Counted from the first letter of the stretch, positions 1 through 9,011 are shown. The stretch: 32,000 nt of DNA from Candidatus Kuenenia stuttgartensis (GCF_900232105.1 NZ_LT934425.1:3810001-3842000), one strand, 5' to 3'. A program made the numbers and translations. Notes: a model not told the origin generated them from the letters alone.

Positions 1-3000
1 GTTTTTACAGTATCAGCAATTCTTTTTCTGATAGTATTTTCCATCCCATCGTTGATAGCAAGCCATGAAAACTCAAATAAACAATCATTCAAAAGCTCAA
101 TTCCGCAATCTACAATCCAAAACTTGTCCTCGACTTCGACCGGGGATCCGAAATTAGACTCGGCGGCATTTGCCCAGAAAACAAAGAAACTTCAAATACC
201 CTTCTTAGCCAATAACGGCCAGGTAGATGAACAGGTGAAATTCTATGCCAATACTTTTGGCGGAACTGTGTTCGTAACGAAGGACGGTGAGATTGTGTAT
301 TCCTTGCCGAATAATAGTTCAGATGTAGAGACGCAATGCCTTGCGTCTTCAATGCGTTCGCCCAATGGGATACACAATGCAAAATGCAAAATACAAAATA
401 CACGAAACATGTCAAATACCACAAATCGTTTATCGTGCATCTTGCATCATGAATCAAACATCCCATATTGCACCAATTGTCTTTTAGCATGCCTTGCTAA
501 ACATACCGGACGAGACACCCAGGGAGTTGCCATTAAAGAGACGCTTGTAGGCGGCAGAGTTCAGGAGATAACTGGAAATGAAAAGGCTGTAACAAAGGTG
601 AGCTATTTTAAAGGAACCGACAAATCTCAATGGAAAACCAATATTTCAGCATATGATGTAGTATCGCTTGGAGAAGTCTACGACGGTATAGAACTCAAAT
701 TAAAGGCGTATGGAAATAATGTAGAGAAGCTTTTTTGTGTAAAACCAGACGCAAACCCCGAACAAATACAGGTAAAGCTCAGTGGTGTAATAGATTTGCG
801 GGTAAATAACGAAGGACAGCTTGTGGCAGAGACAAAGCTTGGGGCGGTAAAGTTTACAAAACCCGTGGCATATCAGGAAATAAACGGCAGACGAGTGGAC
901 GTGGAATGTAAATATACGATTGCGGATTGTGGAATGCAGAATGCGGAATGTAAAACAAATCTGAAATCCGAAACCCGAAACTTGTCCTCGACTGAGATCG
1001 GGGATCCGCAATTAGAATACGGCTTCACCGTAGCAAGCTACGACTGCACAAAAGACCTCATCATCGACCCCCTGCTGGCATCCACGTACGTGGGCGGGTC
1101 TAGTAGTGGTGATTTTGGTAATTCTCTCGCCCTCGACACAAGCGGGAACGTATATGTGACGGGGTGGACTTATTCATCAGACTTTCCGACGACGAGCGGG
1201 GCTTATGATACCTCTTTTAATGGTTATATGGATGTCTTTGTCTCGAAGCTGAATAGTGGATTAACTAGTTTGCTGGCATCCACGTATCTGGGAGGGTCTG
1301 GTGGTGAGTCGGGGTATTCTCTTACCCTCGACACAAGCGGGAACGTATATGTGATGGGGTATACTGGTTCAACAGACTTTCCGACCACGAGCGGTGCTTA
1401 TGATACCTCCTATAATGGTGGTAATTATTATGGTGATGTCTTTGTCTCGAAGCTGGACAGTGGATTAACGAGCCTGCTAGCATCCACGTACCTGGGCGGG
1501 TCTAATGATGATATTGGTAATTCTCTCGCCCTTGACACAAGCGGGAATGTATATGTGACAGGGAATACTTCTTCATCAGACTTTCCTACCACGAGCGGGG
1601 CACATGATACCTCTCTTAATGGTGGTTATTATGATGTCTTTGTCTCGAAGCTGGACGGTGGACTGACGAGACTGCTGGCATCCACGTACCTGGGCGGGTC
1701 TGCTGATGATTATGGTAAATCTCTTGCCCTCGACACAAGCGGGAACGTATATGTGACGGGGAATACTCCTTCAACAGACTTTCCGACTACGAACGGGGCA
1801 TACGATACCTCTTTTAATAGCGGCAGTGCCGTCTTTATCTCGAAGCTGGACGGTGGATTAACGAGCCTGCTGGCATCCACTTTCTTGGGCGGGTTTGGTG
1901 ATGATCGGGGTTATTCTCTCAGCCTCGACACAAGCGGGAACGTATATGTGACGGGGCTTGCTGGGCCAAACTTTCCGACCACGAGCGGGGCATATGATAC
2001 CACTTTTAATGGTGGTTATGCTGCCTTTGTTTCGAAGCTGGATGGTGGATTAACGAGCCTGCTTGCTTCCACGTTCCTGGGCGGATCTAGTGAGGCTTGG
2101 GGTTATTCTCTCTCCCTCGACACAAGCGGGCGTGTATATGTGACGGGGTTTACTACGTCAACAGACTTTCCGACCACGAGCGGGGCATATGATACATCCT
2201 TTAATGGTGGTTATGATGTCTTTGTCTCGAAGCTGAACAATGGATTAACGGGCCTGCTGGCATCCACGTACCTTGGTGGGTCTGATTATGATTTTGGTAA
2301 TTCTCTTATCCTCGACACAAGCGGGCATGTATATGTGACGGGGTCTACTGGATCAACAGGCTTTCCGACGACGAGTAGTGCATATGATACCTCTCATAAT
2401 GGTGGAAGTTATAATGTCTTTGTCTCGAAGCTGGACGGTAATCTTTCTGCCTCTGCTGCAACCACACCTACCCCTTCGCCCACGCCTTCACCTGCACCAA
2501 CACCGTCTCCAACAACAAGCCCAGAGGAAGAAAACCTCCTGGAAAAATACGCGCCGATTTTGTATATGCACTCTAAGGAGCGATTACATCCTACAAATGT
2601 TAAAGTAATGTTGGAAAATTCAGAACTATACGAAAAAATATGTAAAAAAGAAAAAAAAGATGGTACGTGTAAAAAATATAAAGGAGAACAAGTAGATACA
2701 AAAGATAAAAAACTTACTACAGATTTGTTAATGAATGATTACAATATGGATGATTACAATGATGATAACTATTATTATCTTCAGCTAAAAAAGAAGGCAG
2801 AGAAGAAGGCAAAAAAGGAGGAATGGAAAGAACGACAAACTGTTTATGGCCGTAAATTTATTAGCGAAGAGGATAAAACAAAAACAGTGCTTCAATATTG
2901 GTTTTTTTATGTTTACAATGATTGGAGCGGCTCTTATGAAGGCGGTAATAAGCACGAAGGGGACTGGGAAATGATCCAGATTATTTTAGACAGCAATAAG

Positions 3001-3888
3001 CAGCCATGGAAAATTACCTATTCTTTTCATCGTGGCGGGCAAACATTCTTATGGGATGACAAAGAGGTAAGCAAAAGCGATGATGGAAATCACCCTTTGG
3101 TATATATGACTTTGGGGGGGCACGGGTGTTGGAACAAACCTGGAAATCACAAGTGGTATCAAGAACCTGCAACGTGCATGGATTGTACTGATGAGACAGC
3201 TGATAATGGTGACGTATTACATCCGGATACTATGTCTAATGCTGAAATTGATGAAATAAAAACGAGTACAAAAAAATATGCTTATGTAATTGAAGACATG
3301 ACTGATTGGACAGAGGAAAATCAAGATTGGATATATTGGAAAGGGTACTGGGGAAAGCAGACTAAAAAGAAAATGAATAACAAAAGAGATTACGATATTA
3401 TATACGGGTATAATTCCGGTCCCTCAAGTCCGCCCTACATTGATTACATAGATGATGAAATAGGTGGTCGTTGGGAAAAACCAATATTGTGGGCAACAAG
3501 TCCTAAGCCATCAGATTATGAAATTTGTGCTTCTTCCAATATCAAAATTATTGCCCATGATATAGAGGGTAATGTTTCGAACCTTTTGGATAATTGTTCG
3601 TTTGATACTTCTTGTGGTGGATGCGCAACCATTAAAATATTGTATTCAGAAAAGGACCAGATATTTGAAGTCTATTCCCTCGACGGCGAAGAAGTAACCC
3701 TGAAAATCAGCAGATACAACAGGAATACAAAGGAAGTGTGCGAAGTGGAATTTGACTGGCTTGAAATTCCCAGGAACGGCAAGGCAACACTTAGATTTTC
3801 TCCAGATGAAAACCCAAATCTTGAAATGGAAATTGACCACGACCTTAATGGAATTTTTGATTATCGTGTATCGCCAAATTATGTATAG
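1..3888 (+). CDS. Secreted SBBP (beta-propeller) repeat protein with C-terminal Vps62-like domain; 5' end truncated by window edge
   Basis: Frame is open from base 1 (VFTVSAILFLIVFSIPSLIASHENSNKQ, matching the signal-peptide region of the paralog at 5662). Seven LLAS-T[YF]LGG..GYSLALDTSGNVYVTG..SSDFPTTSGAYDT repeats; TP/SP-rich linker; then YAPILYMHSKERLHPTNVKVML...GGNKHEGDWEMIQ.. resembling Vps62-related proteins. Confidence 0.85.
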   Translation, partial: VFTVSAILFLIVFSIPSLIASHENSNKQSFKSSIPQSTIQNLSSTSTGDPKLDSAAFAQKTKKLQIPFLANNGQVDEQVKFYANTFGGTVFVTKDGEIVYSLPNNSSDVETQCLASSMRSPNGIHNAKCKIQNTRNMSNTTNRLSCILHHESNIPYCTNCLLACLAKHTGRDTQGVAIKETLVGGRVQEITGNEKAVTKVSYFKGTDKSQWKTNISAYDVVSLGEVYDGIELKLKAYGNNVEKLFCVKPDANPEQIQVKLSGVIDLRVNNEGQLVAETKLGAVKFTKPVAYQEINGRRVDVECKYTIADCGMQNAECKTNLKSETRNLSSTEIGDPQLEYGFTVASYDCTKDLIIDPLLASTYVGGSSSGDFGNSLALDTSGNVYVTGWTYSSDFPTTSGAYDTSFNGYMDVFVSKLNSGLTSLLASTYLGGSGGESGYSLTLDTSGNVYVMGYTGSTDFPTTSGAYDTSYNGGNYYGDVFVSKLDSGLTSLLASTYLGGSNDDIGNSLALDTSGNVYVTGNTSSSDFPTTSGAHDTSLNGGYYDVFVSKLDGGLTRLLASTYLGGSADDYGKSLALDTSGNVYVTGNTPSTDFPTTNGAYDTSFNSGSAVFISKLDGGLTSLLASTFLGGFGDDRGYSLSLDTSGNVYVTGLAGPNFPTTSGAYDTTFNGGYAAFVSKLDGGLTSLLASTFLGGSSEAWGYSLSLDTSGRVYVTGFTTSTDFPTTSGAYDTSFNGGYDVFVSKLNNGLTGLLASTYLGGSDYDFGNSLILDTSGHVYVTGSTGSTGFPTTSSAYDTSHNGGSYNVFVSKLDGNLSASAATTPTPSPTPSPAPTPSPTTSPEEENLLEKYAPILYMHSKERLHPTNVKVMLENSELYEKICKKEKKDGTCKKYKGEQVDTKDKKLTTDLLMNDYNMDDYNDDNYYYLQLKKKAEKKAKKEEWKERQTVYGRKFISEEDKTKTVLQYWFFYVYNDWSGSYEGGNKHEGDWEMIQIILDSNKQPWKITYSFHRGGQTFLWDDKEVSKSDDGNHPLVYMTLGGHGCWNKPGNHKWYQEPATCMDCTDETADNGDVLHPDTMSNAEIDEIKTSTKKYAYVIEDMTDWTEENQDWIYWKGYWGKQTKKKMNNKRDYDIIYGYNSGPSSPPYIDYIDDEIGGRWEKPILWATSPKPSDYEICASSNIKIIAHDIEGNVSNLLDNCSFDTSCGGCATIKILYSEKDQIFEVYSLDGEEVTLKISRYNRNTKEVCEVEFDWLEIPRNGKATLRFSPDENPNLEMEIDHDLNGIFDYRVSPNYV
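1065..2440 (+). repeat. Seven tandem SBBP-type coding repeats of about 190-200 bp
   Basis: Repeated DNA phrase 'ctggcatccacgtacctgggcgggtct...ctcgacacaagcgggaacgtatatgtgacggg...gactttccgacgacgagcggggc'. Confidence 0.85.
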
Positions 3889-4031
3889 TTCAGATAAATA
3901 ATAACCAGAAATTTAAATTAACAGGTCTAATGCCTTTATTAACACGTGTTTTCCCTTTACAGTCAGGAAAAGGAAGATTGAAGGGTAAACGTTACGGCAT
4001 TGCTTTTTGTTTGTCATTTTTAATACTTATC

Positions 4032-4181
4032 GGGAGCATTCCCGATTTTTTGTAAAAATGTCATTAGCAGGGGGGAGGGGAAGAATAGTAACTCAAGCTT
4101 CCAGCTTGAGGGTAAAACACCACAAGCAGGATGCTTGTGGTACAATGTACAATTAGTTAACCAAAAATCGGGAATGCTCCT
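4032..4181. repeat. Short inverted-repeat-bounded element (copy A of the GGGAGCATTCCCGATTTTTTG family) with two internal hairpins
   Basis: Left end GGGAGCATTCCCGATTTTTTG (4032-4052); right end CCAAAAATCGGGAATGCTCC(T). Internal hairpins CTCAAGCT-TCC-AGCTTGAG (4092-4110) and ACCACAAGCA-GGA-TGCTTGTGGT (4119-4141). No clear TSD seen. Confidence 0.6.
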
Positions 4182-4219
4182 GTTCAAACCATGTCCCCCG
4201 CTGGCGGGGGTGCAGGGGG

Positions 4220-5603
4220 CATAAGCGCTAACTTGTTTTAGGTATGCTCGAAGTATTTTGATATCTGTGTTTTTCGGATTCTTGTATTTTCTGCTAAAGA
4301 ACAAGCAATGTCATTCCAGCACTTAAGAACTTCCTGTAATGATAACGCTGGTTCTATAGCCCGTTTTACTTGATTAAGCATAAAAGCAAATTCACGCCAT
4401 TTGCTTTTAGTCTTCTTGCTTGACAATGAAGTATCCCCAGGGGGAAAAAGACGTAGCAAAATCTATTAGTTTTTCTGTCAAAAGAGCAACGAATAGTTTG
4501 CCATAAAGCCAAGCTTTTGAGCTATCATCATCGTATTTAGGTAAGTGTCCAAATTGTGCTATTTGTTTAAATCTTTTAAAGACCAGTTCAATTTGCCATC
4601 GAACTCGATACCATTCTAAGATATCAAAAGCGGTAAATTGATTTTCAGGAAACGTTGTGAATACTATTACGTACTTGGCATAAATAAGGGTCTCCGGTTT
4701 TAGTTCAATGCCCTTTTTGCTTGCATGTCTTTTAAGTTTTTTATGAGCTATTTTAATGGCTTCTTCTGTTTTGTGTATTATACAAAGACGACCTTTGACA
4801 TATTCAGTATTATCAACGTTTGGAATAAAAACGTTCCATGATTTTATAGCAAGGGGTCTTTTTAAATATTGGATTTCTTTCAATAAAGGAAAGGGTTTCT
4901 TTTCTTCGCCGAATATCCGTAGAGATTGCGAATTAACTCTAACGCTAAGATAAGCGCCTTTCCTTGTTGCATGATGAATTCCTTGGCCAGTACAGTAACC
5001 TCTGTCAGCTATAATATAATCATCTTTTTTCATCGGAAACTGCCGAAAAGATTCTCCTGTGCCTTCTCCTTCAGTTCCCGTAAGTTTAAAGAAATCGCAA
5101 GATAATGAAGGAACCTCAATACTATAATGAATGCGCCAAAGACTTCCTGTTTTCCCAGGTTCCTTTACTGTTGTTGCATCAAATAAGCGAAGATGAAAAT
5201 TATTCCGTTTATTAATTTGGAGGCCACGCTCACGGAATAAAGATAAACATAATTTATATAGCCATTCTTTGCTCTTTTTTAATCGCTTTAATAAGGCAAC
5301 ATCGGATAAATCTGCTAAGTTAGCACGCTTGGCTAGAACTACTGTTTCACGCAATGAATAGCCACATCCTAAATGAATTAATAATGTTCGAAGAAGCTTT
5401 TCTTCAGATTTATCCTTGCGCAAGCCTTTTAAAGCATTTGTATCAACGGCTAAACTTTTCCAATCGTTTGGGAAGAAAGTTCTTAGAAGATCCCAATCTT
5501 CTCTCATCATGGCTTTATCCTCCTATAGAGTGATTAGCGGGATAATTAACATAAAAATACCATGATGAATAAAATTTGTCAATAAAACAAGTTAGCGCTT
5601 ATG
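4220..5603 (-). mobile_element. IS4-family-like insertion sequence, 1384 bp, with 21-bp perfect TIRs and 11-bp TSD
   Basis: Left IR CATAAGCGCTAACTTGTTTTA (4220-4240), right IR TAAAACAAGTTAGCGCTTATG (5583-5603). Direct repeats GGTGCAGGGGG at 4209-4219 and 5604-5614. Encodes an IS4-type DDE transposase. Confidence 0.93.
4238..5510 (-). pseudogene. IS4-family transposase, C-terminus in the +1 frame (frameshift near 4437-4453)
   Basis: ORF 4407-5510 (367 aa, MMREDWDLLRTFF...DRGYCTGQG...WYRVRWQIELVFKRFKQIAQFG) ends in ...FSPWGYFIVKQED*. The expected C-terminus KWREFAFMLNQVKRAIEPALSLQEVLKCWNDIACSLAENTRIRKTQISKYF lies in ORF 4238-4459, ending inside the TIR. Confidence 0.85.
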
Positions 5604-5661
5604 GGTGCAGGGGGTGGACTGGATTTCTCCATCGATACAACTACCAATTCCGGAGGCTGCC

Positions 5662-8600
5662 ATGATACAAAGAAATTGTGTTGTTTTTACAGTATCAGCA
5701 ATTCTTTTTCTGATAGTATTTTCCATCCCATCGTTGATAGCAAGCCATGAAAACTCAAATAAACAATCATTCAAAAGCTCAATTCCGCAATCTACAATCC
5801 AAAACTTGTCCTCGACTTCGACCGGGGATCCGAAATTAGACTCGGCGGCATTTGCCCAGAAAACAAAGAAGCTTCAAATACCCTTTATAGCCAACAACGG
5901 ACAGGTAGATGAACAGGTGAAATTCTATGCCAATACATTTGGCGGGACGGTGTTCGTGACAAAAGACGGCGAGATTGTGTATGCGTTGCCGAATAATAGT
6001 TCAGAGTCGGGAGTTCGATGTTCGAAGAATCAAGAGGCAAAATGCATGATTCAGGGTCCACGAAACATGTCAAATACCACAAATCGTTTATCGTGCATCT
6101 TGCATCATGAAGCAAACATCCCATATTGTACCAATTGTCTTTTAGCTGGCATTGCTAAGAATATCGGTCAAGACACCCAGGGAGTTGCCATTAAAGAGAC
6201 GCTTGTAGGTGGCAGAGTTCATGAGATAACTGGAAATGAAAAGGCTGTAACAAAGGTGAGCTATTTTAAGGGAAATGACACATCTCAATGGAAAACCAAT
6301 ATTTCAGCATATGATGTAGTATCGCTTGGTGAAGTCTACGACGGTATAGAACTCAAATTAAAGGCGTATGGAAATAATGTCGAGAAGCTTTTTTGTGTAA
6401 AACCAGATGCAAACCCCGATCAAATACAGGTAAAGCTCAGTGGTGCAAAAGATTTGCGTGTAAATGACGAAGGGCAGCTTGAAGCAGAAACGGAATTGGG
6501 GATGGTTAAGTTTACAAAACCCATAGCATATCAGGAAATCGATGGGAATCGGGTGGCGGTAGATGTTGAATACGACATTCAGAATCCAGAAGTCGGGAGA
6601 CGGAATCAAAAAATTCCAAATTGGAAATCAGCAAGCTACAATAAAACACGGACAAAAAAGTTTGTCCATTCCACCCATAAACACAATCCAAATTCTGAAA
6701 TCCAAAATCCAAAATTGGAGTACGGCTTCAAAGTCGCCTCTTACGACAAAACATATGAACTAATCATCGACCCCCTACTAGCCTCCACATACCTAGGCGG
6801 GTCTGATAATGATTATGTTTATTCCCTTGCCCTCGATACGAGCGGGAATGTATATGTGACGGGGTATACCAAGTCATCAAACTTTCCTACGACGAGCGGG
6901 GCATATGATACCTCTTTTACTGGTGGTAATTATCAGGAACATGTCTTTGTCTCGAAGCTGGACGGTGGATTAACGAGCCTGCTGGCATCCACGTTCCTGG
7001 GCGGGTCTGATTATAATTGTGGTTATTCTCTAGCCCTCGACACAAGCGGGAATGTATATGTGACGGGGAAGACCGGGTCATCAGACTTTCCTACGACGAG
7101 CGGGGCATATGATACCTCTTTTACTGGTGGTAATTATCAGGAACATGTCTTTGTCTCGAAGCTGGACGGTGGATTAACGAGCCTGCTGGCATCCACGTTC
7201 CTGGGAGGGTCTGGTCAGGATTATGGTTATTCCCTCGCCCTCGACACGAGCGGGAATGTATATGTGACGGGGTATACTATGTCATCAGACTTTCCGACGA
7301 CGAGTGGGGCATATGATACCTCTCAAACTGGTTCTTCTGATGTCTTTGTCTCGAAGCTGAACAGTGGATTAACGAGCCTGCTGGCATCCACGTACCTGGG
7401 CGGGTCTAGTGATGATTATGGTTATTCCCTCGCCCTCGATACGAGCGGGAATGTATATGTGACGGGGTATACTAAGTCATCAGACTTTCCGACGATGAGT
7501 GGGGCATATGATACATCTTTGAGTCAAACTGGTTCTCATGATGTCTTTGTCTCGAAGCTGAACAGTGGATTAACGAGCCTGCTGGCATCCACGTACCTGG
7601 GCGAGCCTGGTTATAATGAGGGTCGTTCTCTTGCCCTCGACACGAGCGGGAATGTATATGTGACGGGGTATACTATGTCACCACTCTTTCCGACTACGAG
7701 CGGGGCATATGACACCTCTTATAATTATGGTTATGATGTCTTTGTATCTAAGCTGGACGGTGGATTAACGAGCCTGCTGGCATCCACGTATCTGGGCGGG
7801 CTTAGTGATGATTATGGTTATTCCCTCGCCCTCGACACGAACGGGAATGTGTATGTGACGGGGCAAACTGAGTCATCACGCTTTCCGACTACGAGGGGTG
7901 CATATGATACTTCCGATAGTGATGATTCTGATGTCTTTGTCTCGAAGCTGAACAGTGGATTAACGAGCCTGCTGGCATCCACGTACCTGGGCGGGTCTAA
8001 TGATGATGAGGGTTATTCTCTCGTCCTAGACACAAGCGGGAATGTATATGTAACGGGTTGGACTAGCGGAGGAGGCTTTCCGACTACGAGTGGGGCATAT
8101 GATACCTCTTATTATTATGGTTATGATGTCTTTGTATCTAAGCTGGACGGCAATCTTTCTGCCACATCAGCAACACCAACACCAACACCAACACCAACAC
8201 CAACACCAACACCAACTCCAACTACGTGTACTGACAGCTACGAGCCTAACAACAGTACGTCTGAAGCTTACGGACCTTTGCGTTCTGGATCGAGTTACAG
8301 TGGCAAGATTTGCTCGGATAGTGACGTGGATTGGTTTAAGGTGAATATAACAATCGAAGGTACAATATCACTGTCCTTAACGGTTCCGTCTTCCAATGAT
8401 TATGAATTAGAGCTGTATGATGCTTCTTATGCGAAAATCGTCAGTTCTACTAATGGGAGTGGTGTGAGCGAGTCGATTGACTACGATGCCACTTCAACGG
8501 GAAATTACTATATCAAGATATACGGATTCAGTGGCTCATCGAATACTACAAATTCATATACACTCACCTATACGTATACGTCTAAGACAACACCAACCCC

Positions 8601-8910
8601 TACAACAACGCTTACTCCAGGTGGTCACACTGCTGCCTTATCTGTAAGTCCGTCAGAAGTATCTCTATATGATTCTGTTGTAGTAACAGTCGTGGATTGG
8701 GATTTAAATACAACCAGTAGCTATGCCGATACTGGAAATGTGAGAATTAAATCAAATTCAGATACAACAGGCTTCTATCTTGGGTTAATGGAAATGAATG
8801 TGAACTCTGGCAGTTTTAAGGGTACATTCGTGACGGGCGATACGACAGACTTGTCTGCATCTCCTCGAAAAATAGGTGTTGGAGTAAATGATACTATAAC
8901 TGTGTCTTAG
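5662..8910 (+). CDS. Secreted SBBP-repeat protein with PPC domain, prematurely terminated by the 99-bp element; original gene probably 5662..10521
   Basis: Start ATG 5662 with GGAGG upstream; signal peptide MIQRNCVVFTVSAILFLIVFSIPSLIA; N-domain shared with ORF 1-3888; seven SBBP repeats; (TP)n linker; PPC-like domain (DSYEPNNSTSEAY...DVDWFKVNI). Stop codon TAG 8908-8910 is formed at the element junction. Confidence 0.85.
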   Translation: MIQRNCVVFTVSAILFLIVFSIPSLIASHENSNKQSFKSSIPQSTIQNLSSTSTGDPKLDSAAFAQKTKKLQIPFIANNGQVDEQVKFYANTFGGTVFVTKDGEIVYALPNNSSESGVRCSKNQEAKCMIQGPRNMSNTTNRLSCILHHEANIPYCTNCLLAGIAKNIGQDTQGVAIKETLVGGRVHEITGNEKAVTKVSYFKGNDTSQWKTNISAYDVVSLGEVYDGIELKLKAYGNNVEKLFCVKPDANPDQIQVKLSGAKDLRVNDEGQLEAETELGMVKFTKPIAYQEIDGNRVAVDVEYDIQNPEVGRRNQKIPNWKSASYNKTRTKKFVHSTHKHNPNSEIQNPKLEYGFKVASYDKTYELIIDPLLASTYLGGSDNDYVYSLALDTSGNVYVTGYTKSSNFPTTSGAYDTSFTGGNYQEHVFVSKLDGGLTSLLASTFLGGSDYNCGYSLALDTSGNVYVTGKTGSSDFPTTSGAYDTSFTGGNYQEHVFVSKLDGGLTSLLASTFLGGSGQDYGYSLALDTSGNVYVTGYTMSSDFPTTSGAYDTSQTGSSDVFVSKLNSGLTSLLASTYLGGSSDDYGYSLALDTSGNVYVTGYTKSSDFPTMSGAYDTSLSQTGSHDVFVSKLNSGLTSLLASTYLGEPGYNEGRSLALDTSGNVYVTGYTMSPLFPTTSGAYDTSYNYGYDVFVSKLDGGLTSLLASTYLGGLSDDYGYSLALDTNGNVYVTGQTESSRFPTTRGAYDTSDSDDSDVFVSKLNSGLTSLLASTYLGGSNDDEGYSLVLDTSGNVYVTGWTSGGGFPTTSGAYDTSYYYGYDVFVSKLDGNLSATSATPTPTPTPTPTPTPTPTTCTDSYEPNNSTSEAYGPLRSGSSYSGKICSDSDVDWFKVNITIEGTISLSLTVPSSNDYELELYDASYAKIVSSTNGSGVSESIDYDATSTGNYYIKIYGFSGSSNTTNSYTLTYTYTSKTTPTPTTTLTPGGHTAALSVSPSEVSLYDSVVVTVVDWDLNTTSSYADTGNVRIKSNSDTTGFYLGLMEMNVNSGSFKGTFVTGDTTDLSASPRKIGVGVNDTITVS
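6780..8150 (+). repeat. Seven SBBP-type coding repeats; the first two are near-identical 204-bp units
   Basis: 'gcatatgatacctcttttactggtggtaattatcaggaacatgtc...' occurs at 6901 and 7105. Confidence 0.8.
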
Positions 8911-9008
8911 GCACTGTAAATAAATAAAGGTATCAAGTAGATCAATTTCATGCTCTGGAAACATGCAATCAAGGCTTCAAAGTGAGACGTTAATTTATTT
9001 ACAGCGCC
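8910..9008. mobile_element. MITE-like element copy 1, 99 bp, TSD TTA
   Basis: GGCACTGTAAATAAATAAAGGTATC...GACGTTAATTTATTTACAGCGCC; imperfect TIRs; flanked by TTA (8907-8909 and 9009-9011). Exact reverse complement of 14170-14268. Confidence 0.9.
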
Positions 9009-9011
9009 TTA

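Noticed and set aside
110-1011. Antisense ORFs 110-490, 243-440 and 700-1011 (minus)
   Set aside because: Short shadows of the clearly coding + strand, duplicated antisense to the paralog at 5885-6712; no recognisable protein features.
4020-4304. 94-aa minus ORF
   Set aside because: Runs through hairpin element A, the TSD and the IS terminal repeat; a composite of non-coding repeats.
1065-8150. Regularly spaced DNA repeats resembling an array
   Set aside because: They are long (about 190-204 bp) in-frame coding repeats of SBBP domains with no short spacer/repeat structure, so not CRISPR.
8910-9008. Intein or self-splicing intron splitting the giant genes
   Set aside because: At 99 bp it is far too short for a group I/II intron or intein, and it has TIRs and a TTA duplication typical of a transposed element; RNA-level removal remains only a remote alternative.
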